This document shows, piece by piece, positions 48,770 through 58,930 of a stretch of DNA of 64,000 nucleotides. A program made the translations under genes and the position numbers. How positions within the stretch are numbered: the stretch's first letter is position 1; every line of letters starts with the position of its first letter. The notes beneath the pieces are model-generated. The model did no database searches and was not told the DNA's origin. It saw only the letters and a list, made by a program, of their open reading frames with translations. The stretch lies in assembly GCA_963715745.1 (NCBI GenBank), contig OY970271.1, positions 499,129-563,128 on the forward strand, read 5' to 3'. Source of the stretch: an uncultured Ignavibacteriales bacterium. Lineage in GTDB: Bacteria; Bacteroidota; Ignavibacteria; Ignavibacteriales; Ignavibacteriaceae.

Positions 48770-49105
48770 ATGCAGAAAATTGAATTAAAAAAGAAAAATT
48801 TTAATAATTATGTTGAATTGGTTTTTGACATAATAGGAGGAAAATGGAAAATTTTAATTGTCTGGGAATTAAGAGAAAGTGAAAAAAGATTTAGAGAGCT
48901 TCAAATAGCTGTTGGTAAAATAACAGACAAAATGCTTACACAACAGCTTAGAGAACTTGAAGAAGCGGAGCTTGTTTCGAGAAAAGCTTATCCGGAAGTC
49001 CCGCCCCGTGTTGAATACAGCCTTACTTTACTCGGTAAATCGTTACTGCCTGTTTTGGAAATGCTTGAAGAATGGGGAAAGCAGTACCACAGTGTTTTTA
49101 AATAA
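48770..49105 (+). CDS. HxlR-family winged-helix transcriptional regulator
   Basis: 111 aa with GGKWKILIVWEL...RFRELQ...ITDKMLTQQLRELEEAELVSRKAYPEVPPRVEYSLT. Confidence 0.9.
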   Translation: MQKIELKKKNFNNYVELVFDIIGGKWKILIVWELRESEKRFRELQIAVGKITDKMLTQQLRELEEAELVSRKAYPEVPPRVEYSLTLLGKSLLPVLEMLEEWGKQYHSVFK

Positions 49106-49229
49106 GTAGAATCAAATTTCATTTCTGAACAAAATTGTTTTTTCCGGCGTCTTAATCGGGAAGTTATTTTTATACTTCTGATGGAATGATTATTTTGCCT
49201 TCCGGTAAAAATAACAGTTGGAGGCTTTT

Positions 49230-49463
49230 ATGTCTTCTTACAGGGATCAACAAAAATATCTTGATGAATTAAAAAAGTATGAAAGACAATTCACTTCAAA
49301 AGAAGCAGAAGATTATAAACTGTTTGTAAAACGCCAGAAAGATGATGAGGATTTTGATACTGTTTCAATGAACCGTCTGAAGGAATTGTACAATAAATAT
49401 CATAAACCGGTCGATAAATCAAAATATGATCATTTCTTTAAGAAAAATACTGACTCCGATTAG
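49230..49463 (+). CDS. small charged hypothetical protein
   Basis: 77 aa counted from ATG 49230, which is preceded by ggagg. The protein is helical and highly charged, with no recognisable domain. Confidence 0.5.
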   Translation: MSSYRDQQKYLDELKKYERQFTSKEAEDYKLFVKRQKDDEDFDTVSMNRLKELYNKYHKPVDKSKYDHFFKKNTDSD

Positions 49464-49542
49464 GACTAATTCAATTCTAATTTTCATTGCTAATAACTAC
49501 CTTACTAAGTAATTTTGTTTTTCTTTTTATTCAGAGGAATTA

Positions 49543-52539
49543 ATGAACACTAAGCTACTCCACCGGATATTTGCGGCTGTAGTTTTTGTAATTACGTTAA
49601 TTGTTTACCTGTCCACCGTCCAGCCATCGGTATCTTTTTGGGACTGCGGAGAGTTTATTGCGTCAAGCTACTATATCCAGGTTCCGCATCCGCCGGGAAC
49701 ACCGTTCTTTTTACTACTTGGCAACCTGCTTTCCAAAATACCTATTGTTGATAATATAGGCTTACGCGTTAACTTAATTTCAGTTCTATCAAGCGCACTT
49801 GCTTGCCTGTTTTTATATCTTTCTGCAGTTAAGCTTATAAACAATTACAAAGGAAGAAAACCGGAAACTTTATTTGAAGGATTCACAACTTACCTGGCTG
49901 CAGCTATCGGCGCTTTGTCATTTTGCTTCAGCGATACTTTCTGGTTTAATGGCGTAGAGGCTGAAGTTTATGCTTTCAGTACAATGCTTGTTGCTGCAAT
50001 TACTTACCTTATTTTAAGATGGAATGAAAGAGCAGAGAATAAAGACAGCGAAAAATATATTTTGATGATCGCATACCTGGTTGGTTTATCAACCGGTGTT
50101 CACCTTATGAGTGTTTTAACCATTGTTCCTGTTGCAATGATAATTATCTTTCGGAAATATATGGAAGATGAAGAAGTTCTTAAAAAGACAGGTTGGATAT
50201 TTTTAGCTCATGCAGGGATTCTGATCGTTATAAGTCTAATCTGGTGGGCAGGTGAACATACCGCTTCGCCCCCAACTCCTGATCAGTACAAAGATTTTGA
50301 TACAAAGTTTAAAATAATGGCATTAATTGTCAGTATGCTGATAATGGGAATATTCTGGAAAAAAGTTTTTTCAAAAAATTCTTTTTATTTCCCGCTTATT
50401 GTTGGAGGTGTTGCTCTATTTGCAACTTATCCCGGTGTGGTTAAGTATGTTCCTAAAATTATCACAGGGGTTGCGGGTGATGATTTAACAATGGAAATTA
50501 CTGTCTTAATCCTGATGTTTGGTCTGCTGGGTTACGGGGTTTATTATGCAGTTAAAAATAATAAACCAACCCTTCATATGATTTCAATGTCGGCAATTTT
50601 TATTTTGATCGGCTTCACTACTTTTGCAATGGTTATAATCCGTGCAAACCAGAATCCCCCAATGAATGAAAATGAGCCTAAGACATTCCCGGAACTTGAA
50701 AGATATCTTAACAGGGAACAGTACGGAGATTTTCCGACATTCAAAAGGCGCTATGCTACCGAGCCCAACCAGAGGGGAGTTTATACAAATTATTCTTCCG
50801 ACCTTGACTTCTTTTACGTTTACCAGATGAATCATATGATGACCAGGTACTGGCTATGGAATTATGCCGGACGCGAAGGCTGGGTTCAGGATGATGGGGC
50901 AAATATTGCTCCTTTTAATGATATCGGAAACATTTTTGGGGCACTTATTGCAGTTAAGTTTAACGGTGATGTTAAAGATTCCTTATTTGGTATTCCGTTT
51001 TTAATTGGTCTGCTTGGAATTTATTTCCATTTCAAAAAAGACTGGAAGATGGCTTCGATATTTATGGTAATGTTTATACTTATGGGCTACCTGACGGCAT
51101 TTTACCAGAACCAGCAGCAGCCTCAGCCGAGGGAAAGAGATTACTTTTATGTGGGAGCGTTTTTTGTTTTTTCAATATGGATTGGAATTGGTGTAAGAGG
51201 TTTAGCAGATTATTTTCAGAACACATTGAAGAAAAAATCTACAAAAAATGCTGCTGTCATTGCAGTACTGATTTTCTCTTTTATACTTGTTCCGTTCAGA
51301 ATGATGCAGGCAAATTATTTCACCCACGACAGATCAAAAAACTGGGTGCCATGGGATTATTCTTATAATATTTTACAAAGCTGTGCACCACATGCAGTTT
51401 TATTTACTAATGGCGATAATGATACTTTCCCTTTATGGTATCTGCAGGATGTTGAAGGAGTGCGGCGTGATGTAAAAATAGTTAACCTTAGTCTATTAAA
51501 TACTCCATGGTATGTAAACCAGCTGAAACATAATGACCCTTATGGAGTTGGCACTGTTAAAATGAGGATTCCGGATGCCCGGATAAATGATGAAGATTTG
51601 AGACCTGTCCAATTGCCGAATCCAATTACAGTAACTATTCCGGTGCCTAAAGCAAATACTCAAGCCCAGCTTGATTCAATATATAAAGAATACGCAATTC
51701 AGGATTCTTTAATAATGAAAGCCGGAAGTCTTTCGTGGACAATGACTAATACTTTAACAGTCGGCACTATAAAAGCAATTCGTGTGCAGGATATTATGGT
51801 CAGGGAAATTGTTGAGGCAAATAACTGGGAAAGACCGATTTATTTTGCTGTTACATGTTCAGATGATAGCCGCATAGGTCTTGGAGATTATTTAAAGATG
51901 GAAGGTATGGCATTCAGGCTTGTTCCTGAAAAACGAAATGCCGCAAGAGAATTTATAAATAAAGCAGTAGTTGAAAAACAAATAATTGAAAATCCCGGAT
52001 ACAGCAAAACATACGAGCCCGGCTTTAAATTCAGAGGATTAAACAATCCGGATATTTTCTTTGATGATAATCAAAAGCGGATGGTGCAGAATTACAGAAA
52101 TACATTTTTAAGGCTTGCAGTTTATTACAGAACTGAAAATGAAAAAGACAAAGTTGTTAAGGTAATGGATGAAATGAACAAGAAACTGCCATACAAAGTT
52201 TTAGGAATAGACAACGGTCTGCTCTATGAAATAAGCAACCTTTACTACGAAGCAGGTGAAATTGAAAAATACAGAAAACTTGCTGCCGATGTTGAAAAAA
52301 CAGCATTGATGGAAATTGAAACAAATCCGAATGATGTTAGTTCATACCATAATCCTTACAGGTTGCTTATAGAGATTTATGAAAACCTGCACGAGTATAA
52401 TAAATTGCTTGGTATTTGGGAAAAACTGGAAACATTATTCCCGAATGATCCGACTGTTAAGAGTAATCTTGCCCGGTTAAGGAACCTTGTACAGCAGCAG
52501 GATTCGACAAAAATTATGGAACCTGATTCTATTAAATAA
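49543..52539 (+). CDS. DUF2723 (TMEM260-like, GT-C fold) membrane glycosyltransferase-like protein
   Basis: 998 aa with VSFWDCGEFIASSYYIQVPHPPGTPFF, many TM segments and a C-terminal TPR-like region. Confidence 0.85.
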   Translation: MNTKLLHRIFAAVVFVITLIVYLSTVQPSVSFWDCGEFIASSYYIQVPHPPGTPFFLLLGNLLSKIPIVDNIGLRVNLISVLSSALACLFLYLSAVKLINNYKGRKPETLFEGFTTYLAAAIGALSFCFSDTFWFNGVEAEVYAFSTMLVAAITYLILRWNERAENKDSEKYILMIAYLVGLSTGVHLMSVLTIVPVAMIIIFRKYMEDEEVLKKTGWIFLAHAGILIVISLIWWAGEHTASPPTPDQYKDFDTKFKIMALIVSMLIMGIFWKKVFSKNSFYFPLIVGGVALFATYPGVVKYVPKIITGVAGDDLTMEITVLILMFGLLGYGVYYAVKNNKPTLHMISMSAIFILIGFTTFAMVIIRANQNPPMNENEPKTFPELERYLNREQYGDFPTFKRRYATEPNQRGVYTNYSSDLDFFYVYQMNHMMTRYWLWNYAGREGWVQDDGANIAPFNDIGNIFGALIAVKFNGDVKDSLFGIPFLIGLLGIYFHFKKDWKMASIFMVMFILMGYLTAFYQNQQQPQPRERDYFYVGAFFVFSIWIGIGVRGLADYFQNTLKKKSTKNAAVIAVLIFSFILVPFRMMQANYFTHDRSKNWVPWDYSYNILQSCAPHAVLFTNGDNDTFPLWYLQDVEGVRRDVKIVNLSLLNTPWYVNQLKHNDPYGVGTVKMRIPDARINDEDLRPVQLPNPITVTIPVPKANTQAQLDSIYKEYAIQDSLIMKAGSLSWTMTNTLTVGTIKAIRVQDIMVREIVEANNWERPIYFAVTCSDDSRIGLGDYLKMEGMAFRLVPEKRNAAREFINKAVVEKQIIENPGYSKTYEPGFKFRGLNNPDIFFDDNQKRMVQNYRNTFLRLAVYYRTENEKDKVVKVMDEMNKKLPYKVLGIDNGLLYEISNLYYEAGEIEKYRKLAADVEKTALMEIETNPNDVSSYHNPYRLLIEIYENLHEYNKLLGIWEKLETLFPNDPTVKSNLARLRNLVQQQDSTKIMEPDSIK

Positions 52540-52563
52540 ATATAAATTATTGATTTAACTTTT

Positions 52564-52589
52564 AATCCCGCTTCGGCGGGATTTTTTTT
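52564..52589 (+). terminator. rho-independent terminator after the DUF2723 gene
   Basis: The hairpin aatcccgcttcggcgggatt is followed by tttttt. Confidence 0.9.
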
Positions 52590-52600
52590 AATTTTACAAT

Positions 52601-53656
52601 ATGAAAATACTTGTGCTCGCACTTTCGGGAATTGGTGATGCCTTAATGTTTTCTCCTGCACTTCAGTTGATGAAAAAATCAATGCCTGAATTGCATGTTG
52701 AGGTGTTGGTCATGTTTAAAGGTTCAGAAGAAGTTTGTAAAAACAATCCGAACATAAATAATCTCAGACGTTTTGATTTTTTAAAAGAGGGGATATTCAA
52801 CTCACTGAAGTTTATCTATTCTCTGAGAAATAAATATGATGCGACTATTAATGTTTATCCATCGAACAGGAGAGAATACAATGTTATTAGTTTTCTAATA
52901 GGCGCAAAAAAAAGAGTTGCAGTTAAATACAAAAGAAAAAATTTTTCAAGCTTCGGATTTCTAAATAACGTAACAATTGATGAAGATGATTCGGTTCATA
53001 ATGTGCAGACAAATATTAAACTTTGTGAAAAGCTGTTAAATAAAAAGTTTGATAATGAACCCGGGCTCGAATTTATTTTAAATCGAAAAGATCTTGATTT
53101 TGCAGAATCATATTTAAAAGAGAAAAATATTTCATCTGAAAATTTGGTAATTGGTTTTCATCCCGGTTGTGCAGTTTTGAAAAACCATATCAAACGGAGG
53201 TGGGAACCAGAAAAGTTTGCAGAGTTAGCCAAAAAACTGATAAATGATTATAATGCAAAAATTCTGTTATTTGGTGGACCTGATGAGCAGGAATTAAAAG
53301 AAAATATTTTACGCCGGATTAATTCTGACAATGTTTTTATTGTGAGTACAGAGTCATTAACTCAGAGCTCAGCAATAATGAAAAGATGTAATGTATTTGT
53401 AACAAACGATTCGAGCCAGATGCACATAGCTTCAGCATTAAGATTAAAAACCGTAGCAATTATTGGCCCTACAAATCCGGCATACATTCATCCTTGGAAA
53501 ACAGATCACAAAATTGTAACTCTGGAACTTGAATGTGCGCCTTGTTTCTTTTACTCACCCAAACCATTAATTTGCCACAGAACAGATATGAAATTCAAAT
53601 GCATAAAAGAGTTGACTGTTGATATGGTTTTTAAAGCGGTAAAAAATTATTTATAA
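52601..53656 (+). CDS. glycosyltransferase family 9 (heptosyltransferase-like)
   Basis: 351 aa with LSGIGDALMFSPALQLMK and NDSSQMHIASAL. Confidence 0.85.
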   Translation: MKILVLALSGIGDALMFSPALQLMKKSMPELHVEVLVMFKGSEEVCKNNPNINNLRRFDFLKEGIFNSLKFIYSLRNKYDATINVYPSNRREYNVISFLIGAKKRVAVKYKRKNFSSFGFLNNVTIDEDDSVHNVQTNIKLCEKLLNKKFDNEPGLEFILNRKDLDFAESYLKEKNISSENLVIGFHPGCAVLKNHIKRRWEPEKFAELAKKLINDYNAKILLFGGPDEQELKENILRRINSDNVFIVSTESLTQSSAIMKRCNVFVTNDSSQMHIASALRLKTVAIIGPTNPAYIHPWKTDHKIVTLELECAPCFFYSPKPLICHRTDMKFKCIKELTVDMVFKAVKNYL

Positions 53657-53675
53657 CAAATCGAAAGGGGAAACA

Positions 53676-54128
53676 ATGACATCAAAAACTTTGGTTGAAG
53701 ATTTCTTAAATCAAAAAAAAATTGCAATTGTTGGAGTATCGCATAACAAAAGAAAATTTGGCAATTCGATTTATAGTGAGTTAAAAAAGAATGGATATAG
53801 AATCTTTCCTGTAAATCCTCAAATGAATGAGATCGATGGAGATAAATGCTATCCTTCACTTTCATCTCTGCCTGAAGAAATAGATTCATTAATCATTAGT
53901 GTCGCACCTGACAAGACAATGACAGTTGTTAAAGAAGCAAAAAATGCAGGCATGAAAAAAATCTGGATACAGCGTGGATCACAATCTCAGGAAGCTGTTC
54001 AATATTGTAATGAAAATAACATTAGTTTCGTTTCGGGTGAATGTATTTTAATGTTTGCTGAGCCGGCAATGTTCATTCACCGGGCTCATAGATGGATAAA
54101 TAAAATATCCGGGAAGCTTCCGGTTTAA
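53676..54128 (+). CDS. CoA-binding domain protein
   Basis: 150 aa with KKIAIVGVSHNKRKFGNSIYSELKKNGYRIFPVNP. Confidence 0.85.
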   Translation: MTSKTLVEDFLNQKKIAIVGVSHNKRKFGNSIYSELKKNGYRIFPVNPQMNEIDGDKCYPSLSSLPEEIDSLIISVAPDKTMTVVKEAKNAGMKKIWIQRGSQSQEAVQYCNENNISFVSGECILMFAEPAMFIHRAHRWINKISGKLPV

Positions 54129-54129
54129 A

Positions 54130-55317
54130 ATGCCGTCAGTAAAATTAAAATCATCCCGCGATAAAATTATTCACAATAAACATCCCTGGATTTTTTCCGG
54201 CGCAGTTGATTCCATTTCCGGAAATCCTTCTAACGGCGAAACGGTTGAAATTCTAAGATCGAATGGGGAAATAGTTGGAAGAGGAAGCTATTCATCGAAT
54301 TCGCAAATCAGGGTTAGAGTTTTATCGTTCAATCCAGACGAAAAAATTGATGAAGATTTTTTGAGAAAAAAGATTATTAATTCAATTAGTCAAAAACTTC
54401 AGCTTATCGATTCAGAAAATACTAATGCTTTCAGAATAATTAATGCCGAAAGTGATGGATTGCCCGGTGTTATAGTTGATAAATATAATGATCATCTTGT
54501 TTGTCAGTTTTTATCCGCGGGATCTGAATACCTGAAAAAAGAAATTGTAAAAATATTAGCCGAAGAAATAAAGCCGAATGGAATTTATGAAAGATCAGAC
54601 GTTGATGTAAGAGAAAAAGAAAAGCTTGAACCATCTAAAGGATTATTATTCGGAACTGAACCTGATGATCTGATTGAAATAAAAGAAAACGGAATTAAGT
54701 TTTTAGTAGATATTAAAGAAGGACACAAAACCGGTTTTTATCTGGATCAAAGTGAAAACAGAAAAATATTCTCAGATTTTGTAAAAGATAAAAATGTGCT
54801 GAATTGCTTCTCCTACACTGGCGGTTTTTCTGTTTATGCATTAAAAGCTGGTGCAAGTAGAGTTACTAATGTTGAGACTTCTGAATCTGCAAATGATCTT
54901 GCATTAAAAAATATCATGTTGAATAATCTTGATGTAAACAAGATAGAATTTATTAATGAAGATGTTTTTAAAGTACTCAGAAAATTCAGAGATGAAGGAA
55001 AGAGTTTTGATGTTATTGTTCTAGATCCTCCAAAGTTTGCAGAATCAGTTTCACAAATTCAAAAAGCAGGCAAGGGCTATAAAGATATTAATTTACTGGC
55101 AATAAAATTACTCAATCCCGGCGGAGTACTTTTTACATTTTCCTGTTCCGGTCATATCACCCCGGAATTGTTTCAGAAAATTGTTGCCGGTGCAGCTATA
55201 GATTCCGGAAGAAATGTAAAAATTATTAAGCAGCTTTCACAATCTCCCGATCACCCGGTTGCATTAAACTTTCCCGAAGGACATTATTTAAAAGGTCTGG
55301 TTTGCCATGTTTATTAA
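54130..55317 (+). CDS. rlmI: 23S rRNA (cytosine-C5)-methyltransferase RlmI-like (PUA + class I SAM MTase)
   Basis: 395 aa with HPWIFSGAV, VLNCFSYTGGFSVYA and VLDPPKFA. Confidence 0.85.
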   Translation: MPSVKLKSSRDKIIHNKHPWIFSGAVDSISGNPSNGETVEILRSNGEIVGRGSYSSNSQIRVRVLSFNPDEKIDEDFLRKKIINSISQKLQLIDSENTNAFRIINAESDGLPGVIVDKYNDHLVCQFLSAGSEYLKKEIVKILAEEIKPNGIYERSDVDVREKEKLEPSKGLLFGTEPDDLIEIKENGIKFLVDIKEGHKTGFYLDQSENRKIFSDFVKDKNVLNCFSYTGGFSVYALKAGASRVTNVETSESANDLALKNIMLNNLDVNKIEFINEDVFKVLRKFRDEGKSFDVIVLDPPKFAESVSQIQKAGKGYKDINLLAIKLLNPGGVLFTFSCSGHITPELFQKIVAGAAIDSGRNVKIIKQLSQSPDHPVALNFPEGHYLKGLVCHVY

Positions 55318-55406
55318 TGTTATTGCTTTGTTGAGCATTAACTCATCAATTTAATCCAACCAAAAATTCATTTAATTTTGTCGTACCAAAAATTTAATTT
55401 AAGCTT

Positions 55407-55961
55407 ATGAATATCTGGTTACTTGGAATAATAGTTTTTCTTGCCCGAATTGTTGATGTATCAATGGGTACATTACGAACAATCAGCATTGTGCAGGGGA
55501 GAACTAAAATAGCATTCTTCCTTGCAATAATAGAAATCAGTGTCTGGCTGTTGGTGCTTAGTGCAGTTTTACCAAAAGTAATGGAAACACCTTTCCTTGG
55601 TGTTTTCTATGCAATCGGTTTTGCAACTGGAAATGTTGTCGGAATTCTTTTTGAGAAAAGACTTGCGATGGGCTATGCCAACTTCAGAATTATAACAACA
55701 CTTTTTGCGCAAGAAATAACAAAAGCTTTAAGGGAAAAAGGTTTTGCAGTTACAACTTTTGAAGGGGAAGGAAAAGATGGAAAAGTAACAGAAGTTTATG
55801 TTGCTTGTGAAAGAAAAGAATTGCCCGGATTAATTAGGGTTGTTAAAGAAATTGAACCGGATGCCTTCTACATTGCCGAGCAGGCAGGTTTTGTCAGCAA
55901 GATTCGAAGACCAACTATGGTTCCCTCAACAGGCTGGAGAGCTGTTCAAAAAAAGAAATGA
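55407..55961 (+). CDS. UPF0316 family membrane protein (DUF5698 + DUF2179)
   Basis: 184 aa with ARIVDVSMGTLRTISIVQGRTKIAFF followed by a soluble DUF2179-like C-domain. Confidence 0.8.
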   Translation: MNIWLLGIIVFLARIVDVSMGTLRTISIVQGRTKIAFFLAIIEISVWLLVLSAVLPKVMETPFLGVFYAIGFATGNVVGILFEKRLAMGYANFRIITTLFAQEITKALREKGFAVTTFEGEGKDGKVTEVYVACERKELPGLIRVVKEIEPDAFYIAEQAGFVSKIRRPTMVPSTGWRAVQKKK

Positions 55962-56021
55962 CGTTCGGAATTTGGTTTCTGACCTAATAAAGATTTTATT
56001 TATTCATCTCTCAATAATATT

Positions 56022-56864
56022 TTGATTTATATGACTTACCTCTCATCCAAATTCGATGCTAATGATCCGGATATCGTTTCAATAATCGATGAACTTCCTC
56101 ATTGGTCAGCCCCATTCGGGTTAAAACTGCTCGATGCAATTAAATTGAAGAAATACATCAAAGTACTCGATATCGGAAGCGGCCTTGGATTTCCTCTAAT
56201 TGAAATTGCAATGAGATTGGGAGAAACTTGTGAGGTTTTCGGAATTGATCCCTGGAAGGCTGCAAGAGAAAGAGTTGAACAAAAAATAAAGATAATCGGT
56301 CTAAAGAATGTTAAAATAATAAATGCTGTCGCTGAAAATATTCCATTTGAGAATGAAGAGTTTGATCTTATTATTTCAAATAACGGAATCAATAATGTTC
56401 AGAATTTTGAAAAGAGTCTGAATGAAATTTCAAGAGTTGCAAAAAAGAATGCAGATTTTGTTTTTACTGTTAATCTTGAGGAAACGATGACTGAATTTTA
56501 TGATGAATACCGGAATGTTTTAAAAGAAAAGGAAATGATTAGTGAAGTTGCGAAACTCAATCAGCACATTTATGAAAAAAGAAAACCGGTTGATGAAATA
56601 AAAACGTTAGTTAACAAATCAGGTTTTGAAATTAATAAAGTAAGTTTGGACAAATTTTATCTCCGTTACACGGATGGTACGACTATGTTGAATCATTTTT
56701 TAATTAAGCTTGCTTTTATTGAATCGTGGAAGAAAATTCTTTCAGAAGACAGGCAAGCTGAAATCTTTAATGAAATTGAAAACAGGTTAAATAACATTTC
56801 AAAAAGTGAAGGGGAGCTGAAATTAACCGTTCCTTTTGCTTTATTTGAATGTAGAAAAAGTTAA
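56022..56864 (+). CDS. class I SAM-dependent methyltransferase
   Basis: 280 aa with VLDIGSGLGFPLIE and FDLIISNNG. The probable start is ATG 56031. Confidence 0.85.
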   Translation: MIYMTYLSSKFDANDPDIVSIIDELPHWSAPFGLKLLDAIKLKKYIKVLDIGSGLGFPLIEIAMRLGETCEVFGIDPWKAARERVEQKIKIIGLKNVKIINAVAENIPFENEEFDLIISNNGINNVQNFEKSLNEISRVAKKNADFVFTVNLEETMTEFYDEYRNVLKEKEMISEVAKLNQHIYEKRKPVDEIKTLVNKSGFEINKVSLDKFYLRYTDGTTMLNHFLIKLAFIESWKKILSEDRQAEIFNEIENRLNNISKSEGELKLTVPFALFECRKS

Positions 56865-56896
56865 ATTGATTTATAAAATTTTTATTAGGAACTAAA

Positions 56897-58885
56897 ATGA
56901 AAAACCTTATTACTGTTTTTATTCTGGTACTTTCTTTTCTTGGCACTACTTCTGCACAATGGTCTTCTGATCCTTCAATAAATTTACAGGTTTGTGATGT
57001 TACGGGTGCCCAGGCGTTGCCTAAAATTGCTTCTACATCTGACGGTGGTTGTTACATATCCTGGTTTGATAACCGAAACGGAAATTATGCAGTTTACCTG
57101 CAAAGACTTGATGCAATGGGAAATAAGCTATGGGCAGCTGATGGACTTCTTATCAGCAACAATCCTCAGAATTCATCTCTTGTAGATTGGGCAATAGCAT
57201 CAGACATTCACGGCAACGCTATTGTGACCTTTACTGATACAAGAGATAATGATAGCTTACATGCTTTTGCTTATCTTATTGATTCAACAGGAAGTTTTCT
57301 TTGGGGTGCAAATGGAATCAGGTTATCAGGTAATGGTGATTTTCAACCTAACCCTGTTGCAACTCACACATCTGACGGCAATTATGTTTTCGCGTGGATT
57401 GTTACAAGTTCACCACAGGTTATTGCTTTACAAAAAATTTCATTGGCAGGACAAAAAATGTGGGGAACAGATCCTATTATTTACTCAAGCGGCACAACAG
57501 AAAATTATACTTACCCGGCAATTATTCCTTCCGATAATGGAAGCGTAATTCTTGAGCATTCAGGTTATTCAGGTGGATTTACAGCACCCTATAAAATATA
57601 TGCTCAGAAATTTGATACGAATGGAAACCCGGTTTGGGGAGCTGGAGGTGTTTCTGTTCAAAATACGGGAATTCCTTTCTATGAACACCCACTGGTAATA
57701 AGTGATAACAATAACGGTGCTTTTATAAGCTGGTATGATGACAGGGATAATAATAATCTTTTCAGCTCTTTTGTGCAGCACGTTACTTCCACTGGCACAG
57801 TTTCATTCCCTGCTAATGGCGCAGAGGTTTCTACGAATGGTACGATGCATCATTTATATCCCACAATGGCTTATTTACCAAATACAGATGAATTGTTTTG
57901 TTTTTGGATTGAAGAACCTTCTTTGCAGGATCAGTTTGCAGTTTACGGACAGAAATTTGATGCTGCTGGAACAAGGCAATGGGCAGCAAATGGTATAGCT
58001 TTTACCACAATGACTTCAAATACTATCTTTGGTCCTTATGCACAACCAACAGATACATCTGCTTATGTTATTTATCTTCAGGGAAATGCTTCCGGACTTA
58101 ACCAGGGAATAAGTGCTTTTATGGTAAACTCTGATGGAAACTTTAGCTGGACTCCAAACTTTGTTAATATGTCGGATCCTACTAACCAAAAATTGCACTC
58201 TGTTACAACAATCTCAACTGATCACGTTGCAAAGATTGCATGGGAAGATACCAGAAATGATGGCGGCGGAATTTATGCACAGAATATTAATCCCGATGGA
58301 ACTCTTGGTTATGTACCTGTTCCGGTTGAGTTAAATTCATTTACCGGAATTCTTGATGGAAATAATGTAATATTAAAATGGCAGACAGCAACGGAAATTA
58401 ATAACCTTGGTTTTGATATTGAGAGAACGGCATCAGCAAAGAATAATAGCTGGAAAAAAATAGGATTTGTTGAGGGAAATGGAACGACAACTAACCAACA
58501 TTCATATTCTTTTTCAGATGAAAACATTAATTCGGGAATTTACAGTTATCGATTAAAACAAATAGACAATAATGGAACTTACAAATACATCAACCTTGAT
58601 AAAAGTTTTACCATTCAGCCTGTTGCGTATAGTCTTTCTCAAAATTATCCGAATCCGTTTAATCCGGCTACGGTTATAAAGTACTCAATTCCTGTTGCAA
58701 GTCGTGTTTCAATTAAAATTTATAATGTGATCGGAAAAGAAGTTGCAACATTGGTTAACGAAGAGAAACCAGCAGGAAATTATGAAGTTAATTTTAATGC
58801 TTCTGAATTTTCAAGCGGAGTTTATTATTACACGATTTCTGCTGGTAATTTTAGAGAAACTAAGAAAATGATCCTCCTTCGTTAA
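56897..58885 (+). CDS. secreted repeat-rich protein with T9SS C-terminal sorting domain
   Basis: 662 aa with a signal peptide. The C-terminus reads NYPNPFNPATVIKYSIPVASRVSIKIYNVIGKEVATLVNEEKPAGNYEVNFNAS...KKMILLR. Confidence 0.85.
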   Translation: MKNLITVFILVLSFLGTTSAQWSSDPSINLQVCDVTGAQALPKIASTSDGGCYISWFDNRNGNYAVYLQRLDAMGNKLWAADGLLISNNPQNSSLVDWAIASDIHGNAIVTFTDTRDNDSLHAFAYLIDSTGSFLWGANGIRLSGNGDFQPNPVATHTSDGNYVFAWIVTSSPQVIALQKISLAGQKMWGTDPIIYSSGTTENYTYPAIIPSDNGSVILEHSGYSGGFTAPYKIYAQKFDTNGNPVWGAGGVSVQNTGIPFYEHPLVISDNNNGAFISWYDDRDNNNLFSSFVQHVTSTGTVSFPANGAEVSTNGTMHHLYPTMAYLPNTDELFCFWIEEPSLQDQFAVYGQKFDAAGTRQWAANGIAFTTMTSNTIFGPYAQPTDTSAYVIYLQGNASGLNQGISAFMVNSDGNFSWTPNFVNMSDPTNQKLHSVTTISTDHVAKIAWEDTRNDGGGIYAQNINPDGTLGYVPVPVELNSFTGILDGNNVILKWQTATEINNLGFDIERTASAKNNSWKKIGFVEGNGTTTNQHSYSFSDENINSGIYSYRLKQIDNNGTYKYINLDKSFTIQPVAYSLSQNYPNPFNPATVIKYSIPVASRVSIKIYNVIGKEVATLVNEEKPAGNYEVNFNASEFSSGVYYYTISAGNFRETKKMILLR

Positions 58886-58930
58886 TACTTCGGAGGACAG
58901 GTTCTGATTAAATAAATTAGTTTACTATAA

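Noticed and set aside
58721-58800. High nucleotide identity between the sorting-domain regions of the two adjacent T9SS genes (versus 60461-60540) as evidence of gene conversion
   Set aside because: Identity is high only over about 80 nt encoding the most conserved strand (GKEVATLVNEEKP.GNYEV.FNA). Flanking parts are much more diverged. This is explained by ordinary paralogy and is used only as a comparator for the in-frame repeat insertion.
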